Part shown: positions 1 to 8,858 of the stretch, in pieces
How positions within the stretch are numbered: the first letter of the stretch is position 1
Layout: every line of letters begins with the position of its first letter
Source: Patescibacteria group bacterium
GTDB lineage: Bacteria; Patescibacteriota; Patescibacteriia; UBA11705; DATKZF01
Assembly: GCA_049319825.1 (NCBI GenBank)
Contig: JBMORT010000006.1
Coordinates: 16,012-80,011, forward strand
Length of the DNA: 64,000 bases
Direction of reading: 5' to 3'
Notes under the pieces: generated by a model
What the model saw: the letters and a program-made list of their open reading frames with translations, nothing else
The model's database searches: none
What the model was told of the DNA's origin: nothing
Position numbers and translations under genes: made by a program

Positions 1-15
1 TCCTTTTTTTGTTAG

Positions 16-100
16 GAATCCGCTTGAGCCCGCAAAAAAGATTTGTAAGCTCAAGTGGATTTGGGAGCAGATGTGAGTGCTCCCGCGGGTGAGATTGGAG
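16..100. repeat. ~85-nt structured direct repeat, copy 1 (two conserved stem-loops)
   Basis: About 90% identical to 566..648. Stems gcttgagc/gctcaagy and gggagca/tgctccc are conserved; one stem position changes u-a to u-g, which keeps the structure. It lies immediately 3' of the minus-strand gene 108..335. Confidence 0.6.
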
Positions 101-107
101 ATGTTTT

Positions 108-335
108 TTATCTCCAGCGGTAGGTGAGGTTTTTTTGGAAGGCCCTTTCGCGCTCGAATCGGTCTCGGAGCGCGGCGGGGTTGAAGAGGAATTCGGAAAT
201 GAGCGCTCCTTTGCAATCCGCGGGAACGACACCCCACAGACTGCGGAGCATGCGGACATCCTCCTTTCCCATGAATTTCTTGTAAAGCTTAAAGACCAGA
301 ACTCCGAAGAAAGCCGTCGTGATCAGAAAAAACAT
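108..335 (-). CDS. hypothetical small protein with N-terminal hydrophobic segment (75 aa)
   Basis: ORF with AAGGAGA 4-5 nt upstream of the ATG (read on the minus strand). N-terminus MFFLITTAFFGVLVF looks like a TM/signal anchor. Local GC is elevated. No recognisable family. Confidence 0.45.
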   Translation of the reverse strand: MFFLITTAFFGVLVFKLYKKFMGKEDVRMLRSLWGVVPADCKGALISEFLFNPAALRDRFERERAFQKNLTYRWR

Positions 336-359
336 GTTATTCTCCTTATTGGTTGTTTA

Positions 360-425
360 GCGGCACCGGTGGGAGTCGAACCCACGCTCATCCCCGACGA
401 CCGGTTGACCGGCCGGACTACCCGT
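360..425 (-). tRNA. tRNA-like 3' fragment (T-arm GTGGG-TTCGACT-CCCAC plus acceptor 3' strand); no matching 5' acceptor strand, so partial/pseudo
   Basis: Minus-strand read: ...gcgtgggttcgactcccaccggtgccgc. The T-loop consensus is clear, but no complementary 5' strand or D-arm was found upstream. Typical of an att-site remnant. Confidence 0.3.
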
Positions 426-451
426 CCTTTTTATGTCGGGCGATGCCGTAA

Positions 452-556
452 TTACGAATTTACGAATCTTTACAAATGTTACGAATGGTTACGAATTAAT
501 CTTTTTGGGCAATATGTAACAATTTGTAACATTTGTACCGATATGTAATTTGTAAC
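452..556. repeat. iteron-like phased arrays: five TTACGAAT copies (452-496) then five TGTAAC-like copies (515-556), spaced about 9-10 bp
   Basis: Direct octamer copies start at 452, 460, 470 (degenerate), 479 and 489. TGTAAC/TGTACC/TGTAAT start at 515, 525, 534, 544 and 551. The two arrays share a GTTAC/GTAAC half-site in opposite orientation. Confidence 0.55.
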
Positions 557-565
557 TTCATGAAT

Positions 566-648
566 GAATCCGCTTGAGCTCGCAAAAGATTTGTAAGCTC
601 GAGTGGATTTGGGAGCAGGTGTGAGTGCTCCCAAGGGTGGGGTTGATA
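566..648. repeat. ~85-nt structured direct repeat, copy 2
   Basis: See 16..100. It lies immediately 3' of the minus-strand gene 662..1003. Confidence 0.6.
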
Positions 649-661
649 GGTGGGAAGAATG

Positions 662-1003
662 TCACAGGACGTCGGAGGCCAAGATCAGGTCACCGACGTG
701 GTACTTGTCGCCGTGGGAGATGGCGACGATGTACCCGGCGCACTTCGGATCGAAGCACGCCACGACCGCGTAGCGGTGGGCCAAGTGGTGCGCGAGCACC
801 ATGGCCACCGGCAGGGCGGCGGGCCCGTTGGTCAGCGCCATGGCCCCGCCCATCTCGGACGAAGCCTCCAGCTCCTTGATGCGGGCCTCGGCGTCCCGGA
901 CAACGACGTCGGTCGTGGCCGGATCGGCGAATCCGATCTTGAAGAGGGTGGCGGGGGCGGCGCCGACGTTGACGTTCGAGGTCTCGATTCTGTAGGTGGC
1001 CAT
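662..1003 (-). CDS. hypothetical protein (113 aa), GC-rich island gene
   Basis: Clean ORF at about 65% GC against about 42% in the surrounding sequence. GAAAGGGGGG lies 6 nt upstream of the ATG. Size is compatible with a roadblock/LC7-like fold, but this is not established. Confidence 0.6.
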   Translation of the reverse strand: MATYRIETSNVNVGAAPATLFKIGFADPATTDVVVRDAEARIKELEASSEMGGAMALTNGPAALPVAMVLAHHLAHRYAVVACFDPKCAGYIVAISHGDKYHVGDLILASDVL

Positions 1004-1062
1004 GATAGCCCCCCTTTCTTTTTTCTAAAATTTAGCCGCTGTGTCCGCCGGCGGCATGGCGT

Positions 1063-1188
1063 CCCGGAGCTTCCCCGAGATATTACAGCCCGGTTTATAA
1101 CGGCGTGGGTTGGCCGCGATTTACTATTTGAAGCGACAATGTCCGCCTGTCGCTTTAGCGCTCCGGAACCGCCCCGGAGTATTACAGC
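1063..1188. promoter_or_regulatory. two direct repeats CCGGAG..CCCCG(A/G)..ATTACAGC (1063-1089 and 1163-1188) in the intergenic region upstream of gene 662..1003
   Basis: The repeats are about 100 bp apart and both end in ATTACAGC. They are positioned like operator or promoter elements for the minus-strand gene. Confidence 0.3.
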
Positions 1189-1222
1189 TCCTTTTTACGA
1201 CATGAGTTGGTCGGGCAGTACT

Positions 1223-1804
1223 TTATTCCTCGCAAGTCGCCAGCTTCACGAGGAGCTCGGCCAAAGCCCGAATGGTCGGGCGGCTCGCGATCGGTTCTCC
1301 TCGCTCGAGGTGATGAACCGAGCCGCGGGCAATGCCGTCCTCCCCGAGCCGGGGAACGGCATCGTCGCTTCCATGATAGTCACTCCAGATCTCGGCGACG
1401 ACCTTGATCCGGAGCCGCTCGCAGAAGACGCGCCACTCGGCGAACCGCGAGGTATCGCCGGCGAACAGAATGGCGTGGGTGGCGGAGGCGCAGATCGCCT
1501 CGTTCTCGACGCTGGGGATGCCACCGATATCCACCAGCGTCAGCGGGAGTTGACAGTTTTTCACCGAGTCCGCCACCCGCTGGACGAACTCGGGGGTGAA
1601 CTTGGCCTTATATGCCGCTTTGCAAGCGGCGGCCAAGGTGGGGTCGTGTTCAACAGTTTCCTGGAACCACGCCCCCTCACCGTCCGGGCAACCGGTGATT
1701 ACGTATGGATACGGAGCGCCCGGAATGCTCCGCACCGTGTCCTTGATTCCCTGCCGCAGGCAGGACTTGCCGCTTCGCGGCGGCCCACAAAGGACGACCT
1801 TCAT
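1223..1804 (-). CDS. P-loop NTPase (Walker A GPPRSGKS; CobU/CobP-like P-loop), 193 aa
   Basis: Starts MKVVLCGPPRSGKS, with AAGGAG 6 nt upstream of the ATG at 1804. The ORF track's extra 15 N-terminal residues are probably not translated. LVDIGGIPSVEN resembles the CobU NEVGMGIVPEN region. GC is about 65%. Confidence 0.6.
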   Translation of the reverse strand: MKVVLCGPPRSGKSCLRQGIKDTVRSIPGAPYPYVITGCPDGEGAWFQETVEHDPTLAAACKAAYKAKFTPEFVQRVADSVKNCQLPLTLVDIGGIPSVENEAICASATHAILFAGDTSRFAEWRVFCERLRIKVVAEIWSDYHGSDDAVPRLGEDGIARGSVHHLERGEPIASRPTIRALAELLVKLATCEE

Positions 1805-2329
1805 GGTTTTCTCCTTGCCCAGGCAGGGCGAGTTTTTGGGTAAAAGCACCCTTGCTAATTTTCTTACATATCTTATATATAAGAATGCTGGCAGCGGTAC
1901 TCATAAAAAAAGCGACTGAGAGACACTCCCTAATTGGCGATAATCCGCATTGTCTGCGGTTTCAGCGTCTTAGAGAGATCTCCCAATCGCATTTGACGAT
2001 CAGTATCCATCGCTTCATGAGGCATCTAAGCAGACCTCAGCTTATAGCCTTATCCAACAACCCATTTAGCAAACCCTTGTTTGCACGGATAGAAGTGATG
2101 TGCCATTTTACCGAACGGCTGCGGCTCTCTCCATTTATATTTAATAGGGTATTATATCATATTAACAATGTTTTGTCAATGGGTAATAGCAATTTATTGT
2201 CTAAATTTAGATAAAAAATCAGAAAATCGTGTATTTTTACATAAAGCAACATAATACAGTTATAAAATTGACTATATCGACGAAAACATGCTAAATTACG
2301 TATGTAATTAATAAAAATTCTACAAAAAT

Positions 2330-5300
2330 ATGAAATTCGCCGAAGACAGAAAGCAGTTTCCAGCCAGAGAGGAAGAAATCATGGAGTTTTGGAAAAAAGA
2401 AAAAATATTTGAAAAATCGGTCAGCGAGCGGCCTGAAGATAATGCTTATGTCTTTTACGACGGCCCGCCATTTGCCACCGGCCTGCCGCACTACGGTCAC
2501 ATCGTCGCCAGCACGCTCAAAGATATTTTTCCGCGCTACCAGACGATGAGAGGCCACCGCGTCGAGCGGCGCTGGGGCTGGGACTGCCATGGTCTGCCGA
2601 TTGAAAATTTGGTGGAAAAAGAGCTGAATTTAAATTCCCGAAAAGACATCGAAGAATACGGCATTGACAAATTCAGCGAAGCCTGCCGCTCCAAAGTTTT
2701 ATTGTACGCCAACGAATGGAAAAAAATAATTCCGCGGCTGGGACGCTGGGTGGAGATGGATGATGATTATAAAACCATGGATCCCCAGTTTATGGAATCG
2801 GTTTGGTGGGTATTTAAGAGTTTATACGACAAAAAATTTGTTTACGAAGGCTACAAGAGCATGCATATTTGTCCGAGATGTGAAACAACGCTATCAAATT
2901 TTGAGGTGACTCAGGGGTATGTTGATGTTTTTGATATTTCCGTTACTTGTAAATTTGAGCTTTGGGAAAAGATCGATGATCAGACCGCTTACCTTTTGGC
3001 TTGGACGACAACACCTTGGACCTTGCCGGGCAACGTGGCGCTGGCAGTCGGATCGCCAATTGATTATGCCATCTGGAAAATGACCTCGTTGAAAAACGGG
3101 CAGACAGAGCTGGTGATTTTCGCCAATGCGCTTGAGTCAAAAGTTTTAGGTTTTTTGCCCGGCTATAGCGAAGGGAATAAACAATTTGTTACCGAATTTC
3201 CGAAAATAAAAGGAAAATACAAATTTGAATTGATAAGGACGATTAAAGGCGTTGAGCTGGAAGGTAAAAAATACAAGCCCTTGTTTGATTATTTCGTTCA
3301 TGAAAATTTACCCAACAAGGAAAATCTTTATCAAGTGGTGACCGCTGATTTCGTTTCCACTGAGGAAGGCACTGGCGTGGTGCATATTGCTCCGGCTTTC
3401 GGCGAGGATGATTTGAATCTTGGCAATAAAAAAAATCTGTCTTTTATCCAGCATGTCACTCCGGACGGCAAGTTCATCGATTTGGTAAATGATTTCGCCG
3501 GAGAAGAGGTCAAGCCCAAGGGCGACCCGTCTTCGACCGATTCGAAAATTATCGGCTTGCTTGATGATCAGGGCAAGGTGTTTCAAACCGCCGAATATGA
3601 ACACAGCTACCCGCATTGTTGGCGTTGCGACACTCCGCTGTTAAATTACGCCACGTCTTCTTGGTTCGTAAAGGTGACCGATATTAAGGAAAGGATGATT
3701 GAACTTAATGAGAATATCAATTGGATGCCGGCGCATTTAAAGCATGGGAGATTCGGAAAATGGCTGGAAAACGCGCGGGACTGGTCCATTTCCAGGACTC
3801 GCTATTGGGGCAATCCGATGCCGGTTTGGAAATGCACCTGCGGCGAGGTCAAGGTGCTGGGATCGAAAGCGGAGCTTGAGGAGCTTAGCGGCCAGAAAAT
3901 CGACGATCTCCATAAACACGTCTTAGATAAAATAATGTTTCCATGTAAAAAATGCGGCGGCGCCATGCAAAGAATCCCCGAGGTTTTCGATTGCTGGATG
4001 GAAAGCGGTTCAATGCCTTACGCGCAGGTTCATTACCCTTTTGAAAATAAAGAAAAATTCGAGAAAAATTTTCCGGCTGAATTCATCGCCGAGGGTGTCG
4101 ATCAGACTCGCGCTTGGTTTTATGTGCTGCATATTTTAAGCTCCATGCTGTTTGACAGCAACTGTTTTAAAAATGTTGTCGTCAACGGCATTGTCCTGGC
4201 CGAGGACGGTCAGAAAATGGCCAAGTCAAAGAAAAATTATCCCGATCCGATGGCCGTTGTCGATAAATACGGCAGCGACGCTTTGAGATTTTACCTGATG
4301 AGTTCCCCTGTGGTGCGGGCCGAAGATTTACGATTCAGCGAAAAAGGTGTCGATGAGGTTTATAAAAAAGTAATATTACTGGCATTGAATGTTTTGTCTT
4401 TTTATAAGATGTACGAGCCGAAAAAAAAGGATCCGGGTTTTTTGAGCGAAGATATTTTGGATATTTGGATTGTCAGCAAATTAAATCAACTGATAAGCGA
4501 GGTCACCAAGCAGTTTGACGCCTATGACCTGAACAAGGCGCTTAAGCCAATGGCCGATTTCATCAATGATTTATCAACGTGGTATCTGCGGCGGAGCCGG
4601 GAGCGCATCAAAGGAGGAACTCCCGACGATAAAAACGCGGCGCTGCAAACGTTATATCAAGTTTTACTGACTTTTTCCAAGGTGATTGCGCCGGTGATGC
4701 CGTTTATGTCCGAGTTGATTTACGACCGAATCGGTGGAGAAAAAAAGTCCGTTCATCTGGAAGATTGGCCGCAGGCGGTTGATCGGTCGATCGACCGATC
4801 AGTGTTGCTGTCCATGGACAAAGTTAAGGAAATAGTGGAGATCGGATTGGCTATCAGACAAATGCAAAAAGTGAAGGTGCGCCAAGCGCTGCTTCGATTG
4901 CAATTAACATATAAAAAATTGGCCCCGGCCTACTTGGATATAATTAAAGATGAACTAAATGTGAAAAATATTGAAATTGTGGACGATTTAACCTATGGGG
5001 ATTCCTGGCGAACCATCGAGGATTCTTCCGAACAGGTGGCGCTGGACGTGGCCATCACTCCCGAATTGAAGAAGGAAGGATTAATGCGCGAGATAATACG
5101 CTCGATCAATAATTTGCGAAAGAATTCCGGGTTAACCATCAGCGATAAAGTAAACGTATATTTTCAAACAGCTAGCTCGGAATTGTCCGAGGTGCTGCAA
5201 GCGGAGGAATATAAAAATGAGATATTGAAAAAAACTATCGCCCAAGACATTATTTCGGGAAAAGGCGGCGCCATCGAAAACTTTTCGGCCGAGTTATCAA

Positions 5301-5341
5301 TCGACGGGCAATTGATTTGGTTCGGGCTGTCGAAAATTTAG
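2330..5341 (+). CDS. ileS: isoleucyl-tRNA synthetase, type 2 (archaeal/eukaryote-like, 1003 aa)
   Basis: N-terminus FPAREEEIMEFWKK, HIGH-class motif PHYGHIVAS and KMSKS motif KMAKSKKN. Length is typical of type-2 IleRS. Confidence 0.95.
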   Translation: MKFAEDRKQFPAREEEIMEFWKKEKIFEKSVSERPEDNAYVFYDGPPFATGLPHYGHIVASTLKDIFPRYQTMRGHRVERRWGWDCHGLPIENLVEKELNLNSRKDIEEYGIDKFSEACRSKVLLYANEWKKIIPRLGRWVEMDDDYKTMDPQFMESVWWVFKSLYDKKFVYEGYKSMHICPRCETTLSNFEVTQGYVDVFDISVTCKFELWEKIDDQTAYLLAWTTTPWTLPGNVALAVGSPIDYAIWKMTSLKNGQTELVIFANALESKVLGFLPGYSEGNKQFVTEFPKIKGKYKFELIRTIKGVELEGKKYKPLFDYFVHENLPNKENLYQVVTADFVSTEEGTGVVHIAPAFGEDDLNLGNKKNLSFIQHVTPDGKFIDLVNDFAGEEVKPKGDPSSTDSKIIGLLDDQGKVFQTAEYEHSYPHCWRCDTPLLNYATSSWFVKVTDIKERMIELNENINWMPAHLKHGRFGKWLENARDWSISRTRYWGNPMPVWKCTCGEVKVLGSKAELEELSGQKIDDLHKHVLDKIMFPCKKCGGAMQRIPEVFDCWMESGSMPYAQVHYPFENKEKFEKNFPAEFIAEGVDQTRAWFYVLHILSSMLFDSNCFKNVVVNGIVLAEDGQKMAKSKKNYPDPMAVVDKYGSDALRFYLMSSPVVRAEDLRFSEKGVDEVYKKVILLALNVLSFYKMYEPKKKDPGFLSEDILDIWIVSKLNQLISEVTKQFDAYDLNKALKPMADFINDLSTWYLRRSRERIKGGTPDDKNAALQTLYQVLLTFSKVIAPVMPFMSELIYDRIGGEKKSVHLEDWPQAVDRSIDRSVLLSMDKVKEIVEIGLAIRQMQKVKVRQALLRLQLTYKKLAPAYLDIIKDELNVKNIEIVDDLTYGDSWRTIEDSSEQVALDVAITPELKKEGLMREIIRSINNLRKNSGLTISDKVNVYFQTASSELSEVLQAEEYKNEILKKTIAQDIISGKGGAIENFSAELSIDGQLIWFGLSKI

Positions 5342-5467
5342 AAATTCGCCACATACTGTTCGCGACGAATGTTAGATATTAGAAATTGGTTTTATGTTTT
5401 TCCGGTTTTTATTTTCGAGGACCAATGTCGAGCTTCGAAATAAAGACTTTTTACACGTTATTATTCT

Positions 5468-6826
5468 ATGCATGCTACATACGATGTTGCCATCGTCGGA
5501 GCCGGACCGGCCGGCCTTTTTGCCGCGTTAAAATTAATCGAAAGCCGATCCGATTTATCGGTGGTTTTAATTGAAAAAGGGAAGAAAGTGATGGATCGTG
5601 ATCGAAAAAACGTGATGAATGGCGTGGGCGGAGCCGGCACTTTTTCCGACGGTAAAGTTCATTTTACTCCCGTTTTGAGCATGGAAAAGATGCTCAATTT
5701 TTATTCGCGGAGCGAGTACCAGGAATTTTTAGATGAAGTTGACCGGGTGCTCACCCGTTTTGGCGTCGACGCTCCTTATTATCCGAAAGATTTGGACGAA
5801 GCCAGACAGCTGGTTGACCGCTGCAAAAAAGAAAGCATTCATTTGTTTGTCAGGAAAACAAGGCACATCGGCTCCGACAAGCTGCCCGAGGTGATTAAAA
5901 ATTTCGAGGATTATCTCTTGAATAAGGGCGTGAAATTTTTAACCGATAGAGAAGTGCTGGAGCTGTTAGTGGAAAACAATGTTTGTCGCGGGGTCAGACT
6001 GACCAACGGTGAAACGATTGGCGCCGATCAAGTGATTGTCGCTCCCGGCCGGATCGGCGCCCAGTGGCTTCAAAATATATGTAAAAATTTGGGTTTAAAA
6101 TACGATTACGATAAAGCGTTGGTCGGGGTACGAGTGGAATTCCCACATGGAATAATCAAAGAACACGCGGAGCTTTTATACGAAACAATTTATCTGATGT
6201 ATACCAAAACATTTGATGATGCCATCAGAACATATTGCCCATGCTCTCGAGGGAAAGTGGCGGTTGAAAATTATGACGGATTCGTGTGCGTCAACGGCCA
6301 TTCAAATTCAAATTACGATTCTGAAAATTCCAACTTCGCTTTTCTGTCGGAAATCCGTTTGACCGAGCCGGTTGAGAATACGATTCAATACGCCAAATCA
6401 ATCGCTCAGCTGGCCAATACCATCGGCGGCGGCAAACCGATTTTGCAGCGTTTGGTCGACCTTCGGTCCGGCCGGAGAAGCACTTGGCAAAGAATTAATA
6501 AAAGTTATGTTCGGCCGAGTTTGACCGAGGTAACTCCGGGTGATATCTCCATGGCGCTGCCGGGGAGAATTGTCACCAATATTGTCGAAGGATTGGCAAT
6601 GCTGGCCAGAGTATTGCCCGGCGTAGATTCCGGGCACACATTATTGTATGCGCCGGAAATAAAGTTGACCTCATCAAAGATCGAAACGGATAAATATTTG
6701 GAGACCACCATTAAAAATTTATTCGTCGCCGGCGATGGAGCCGGCGTCTCCGGCAATATCACGGGCGCCGCTTCGACGGGCATAATGGCCGCTTTGGGTA
6801 TATTAAAAAAAATAAATGATCGCTAG
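5468..6826 (+). CDS. FAD-dependent oxidoreductase (COG2509-like NAD(FAD)-utilising dehydrogenase)
   Basis: N-terminal Rossmann motif DVAIVGAGPAGLFAAL and C-terminal GDGAGVSG motif; 452 aa. Confidence 0.75.
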   Translation: MHATYDVAIVGAGPAGLFAALKLIESRSDLSVVLIEKGKKVMDRDRKNVMNGVGGAGTFSDGKVHFTPVLSMEKMLNFYSRSEYQEFLDEVDRVLTRFGVDAPYYPKDLDEARQLVDRCKKESIHLFVRKTRHIGSDKLPEVIKNFEDYLLNKGVKFLTDREVLELLVENNVCRGVRLTNGETIGADQVIVAPGRIGAQWLQNICKNLGLKYDYDKALVGVRVEFPHGIIKEHAELLYETIYLMYTKTFDDAIRTYCPCSRGKVAVENYDGFVCVNGHSNSNYDSENSNFAFLSEIRLTEPVENTIQYAKSIAQLANTIGGGKPILQRLVDLRSGRRSTWQRINKSYVRPSLTEVTPGDISMALPGRIVTNIVEGLAMLARVLPGVDSGHTLLYAPEIKLTSSKIETDKYLETTIKNLFVAGDGAGVSGNITGAASTGIMAALGILKKINDR

Positions 6827-6890
6827 CCGGTGGCTCATTATTGTCAAATGCCGTGAAAATAATATTGCTGCGAATCGATCGCATGTCTTG

Positions 6891-6920
6891 TTGATACAAT
6901 TATTCGCCAATACCTACAAT
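6891..6920 (+). promoter_or_regulatory. sigma70-like promoter candidate (TTGATA, about 18 nt spacer, TACAAT)
   Basis: The -35 element is at 6891-6896 and the -10 at 6915-6920, about 35 nt upstream of the GTG start at 6955. Confidence 0.3.
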
Positions 6921-6954
6921 AAATCATTCAATTAAAACACACCGGAGGCCAGCA

Positions 6955-7195
6955 GTGTCAGATAAAGCCGATGGTCGATTTACCATGGATGCTTTTGGGA
7001 TTTTTGCGCCCAAAGTCATTTTGCCCGTACCTGATTGGAAAAATCGAAGCGGAAGTTACCTTGCAGGTTTCATCCGTTAATATGCGGGCAACCAACGAGG
7101 TTGCCGCTCGTCAATCGGCGCAGGATGTCGTGTCGCAGCTGATAAAGGACAAGGCAAAACAAACCCTTTGTCGGTACAAATCGGTTTTTTGTTGA
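6955..7195 (+). pseudogene. frameshifted paralogue of the small protein encoded at 7314..7526
   Basis: Frame 1 (GTG 6955, GGAGG 6 nt upstream) gives DGRFTMDAFGIFAPKVILPVPD. The +1 frame continues with EVTLQVSSVNMRATNEVAARQ...; both parts align with the downstream gene product. The shift sits at the A5 run near 7039-7043. Confidence 0.45.
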
Positions 7196-7225
7196 ATAAG
7201 TTCAGCTTGTATATTTGATTCGCCC

Positions 7226-7254
7226 CTTGACGAAAACGATAAATTAATATAGAA
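7226..7254 (+). promoter_or_regulatory. sigma70-like promoter candidate (TTGACG, 17 nt spacer, TAGAAT)
   Basis: The -35 element is at 7226-7231 and the -10 at 7249-7254, about 60 nt upstream of the ATG at 7314. Confidence 0.4.
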
Positions 7255-7313
7255 TTTTGTATTGAGACGCTCGGGTCATCGCCGTGATTTACAGGGAAAA
7301 AGGAGGAACAGAC

Positions 7314-7526
7314 ATGCCGATGACTAAGGAAGGCGATCGATTTGTTCTTGATGCGTTTGCCAAATTTTTCGAGATTGTTATGGTGCCGACAGTCTCGGGC
7401 GAAGTTCCGGTAAAGTTCAGCTTCCAGATCACTGCCGCAAGAGTCACCGCCGACAATCAGGCCGCGGCCAAGGAAATTGTGTCTGTGGCGCTGGCTAAGT
7501 TGCTCGCGAGCAAGGAACAAAGCTGA
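7314..7526 (+). CDS. small hypothetical protein (70 aa)
   Basis: AAAGGAGGAACAGAC precedes the ATG at 7314 and a rho-independent terminator follows. It is paralogous to the frameshifted upstream copy. Confidence 0.7.
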   Translation: MPMTKEGDRFVLDAFAKFFEIVMVPTVSGEVPVKFSFQITAARVTADNQAAAKEIVSVALAKLLASKEQS

Positions 7527-7530
7527 TTGA

Positions 7531-7560
7531 CCGCTTGTAATACAAAGCGGTTTTTTTTTA
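7531..7560 (+). terminator. rho-independent terminator
   Basis: ccgctt/aagcgg stem followed by a T9 run. Confidence 0.7.
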
Positions 7561-7650
7561 AAAAAATTAAATAAATTTGCGGCTGAACAATAAGTCGTTC
7601 AATCCACGCGATTATTTGAAAATAAAAAGAGCCGGTAATGACCAGCTCCA

Positions 7651-8733
7651 CTATGTTGTCAGAAACACGCAGTCTTCCGCCATTGCGGAAACATCCTCGA
7701 TGGAAAACGGCGGATTATAAAAATGAATAATGGCGCCGCTCGGATGCCTGAACGGGGGTCTTTCGGCATTTCGAATTTTTTCAGATAACTTTTGAAAGAG
7801 AGAGTCCAGCCCCCCGACGCGGCTGTCGTTGTGAACCAGGTTAATGGCAATGTCAGTTTCATAAGGATTGTCATGGTTTTTATAGCTGATGACGATCAAA
7901 TGAACCGCCGGCTGATCCGCGTCATCTTCGTAGAAGTTTCGTTTGACATGATGACGCGTTTCATCGTGATTATACGGACAGTTTGGAATGATAATCATGC
8001 GCACGCCATGCAGGGTCGTTTGAAATCGAGCGGATTTTTGTTCGCGAAAGTATTGAGCGAATTCATTGGCTTTGATTTCATCTCTCAGCAGGGATTCGAT
8101 ATTTAGCAGATTATGGCGCATCACCGCTTCGTCGTCGCCGGGCAGATTATGAATCACTTTGCTCAGCAGGTCCAAGCCGCCGCGATCGATAATGACCGTC
8201 AGCGGCACGTTGATTGTGCCATCGCGAAATGCTTTTCGCAGAACCTCAGCGTTGCCTCTTCTGAGTTTGGCCGTCGATTCATCCTCGGCGCCGATGGCGC
8301 TGGCCGAATCGCGGAAGATGGCCAATCTGAGCAGTCGGCGGTAGATTTGGCGATCGGGCGGAATGAACCTTTCGCCGCCCCAAAAATGCTTGACGACCAC
8401 TTCGGCCGCGCATGAGTAAGTCAGATCCCGATGGTGGTCGAAATGGCCATTCAGCGGATCGGTTTGGCCGCCGGTGTCGACATGAAAAATTTTCAATGTG
8501 CCATCAACCAAACCGCGTCGGATTCTTTCTTGTCGTTCCGCGCAACTGTCGGAATCAACATTGTATGCGTCTCCCTTGGGCACAAAAATAAATTCGATTC
8601 GCGGATCATTGATTTCCAGACCCAAACCTTTGATCAATAGATAGCAGGAAATGACATTGTCATCATCGAGATTGCGATGTGTGACAATGATAATCGTTAA
8701 TAAACCTGCTAAGCGGCTGTTTTCCTCGGTCAT
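7651..8733 (-). CDS. DHH-family phosphoesterase-like protein (360 aa)
   Basis: Motif I-like HRNLDDDNVIS (H-x-N-x-D-x-D-x3-S) and GHFDHH (the DHH motif). AAGGAG lies 6 nt upstream of the ATG. The C-terminal domain is divergent. Confidence 0.45.
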   Translation of the reverse strand: MTEENSRLAGLLTIIIVTHRNLDDDNVISCYLLIKGLGLEINDPRIEFIFVPKGDAYNVDSDSCAERQERIRRGLVDGTLKIFHVDTGGQTDPLNGHFDHHRDLTYSCAAEVVVKHFWGGERFIPPDRQIYRRLLRLAIFRDSASAIGAEDESTAKLRRGNAEVLRKAFRDGTINVPLTVIIDRGGLDLLSKVIHNLPGDDEAVMRHNLLNIESLLRDEIKANEFAQYFREQKSARFQTTLHGVRMIIIPNCPYNHDETRHHVKRNFYEDDADQPAVHLIVISYKNHDNPYETDIAINLVHNDSRVGGLDSLFQKLSEKIRNAERPPFRHPSGAIIHFYNPPFSIEDVSAMAEDCVFLTT

Positions 8734-8858
8734 CTGCTGCTCCTTTTTAGTCAGGGTTGCGTATCAGCATACTATTTTTAACATTGTTTGTCAATATTTG
8801 TTCCGTCCGACGCAGATTGGTTGATTTTACGAACGAATTATGCTAAATTTAGTTTAAT

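Noticed and set aside
360-650. Complete tRNA or tmRNA on the minus strand
   Set aside because: The T-arm and 3' acceptor strand are clear, but no complementary 5' acceptor strand, D-arm or anticodon arm could be built. No tmRNA-like 5' end lies within about 350 nt.
650-1843. 397-aa plus-strand ORF spanning the GC-rich island
   Set aside because: It is antisense to two well-supported minus-strand genes with strong RBSs. Long spurious ORFs are expected in 65% GC DNA. The protein is low-complexity Gly/Arg/Val-rich.
1852-2214. 120-aa ORF in the 480-bp spacer upstream of ileS; also considered a T-box leader for ileS
   Set aside because: No RBS, and no conserved T-box sequence (AGGGTGGNACCGCG-like) or specifier/terminator architecture was recognisable. 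The region is left unexplained.
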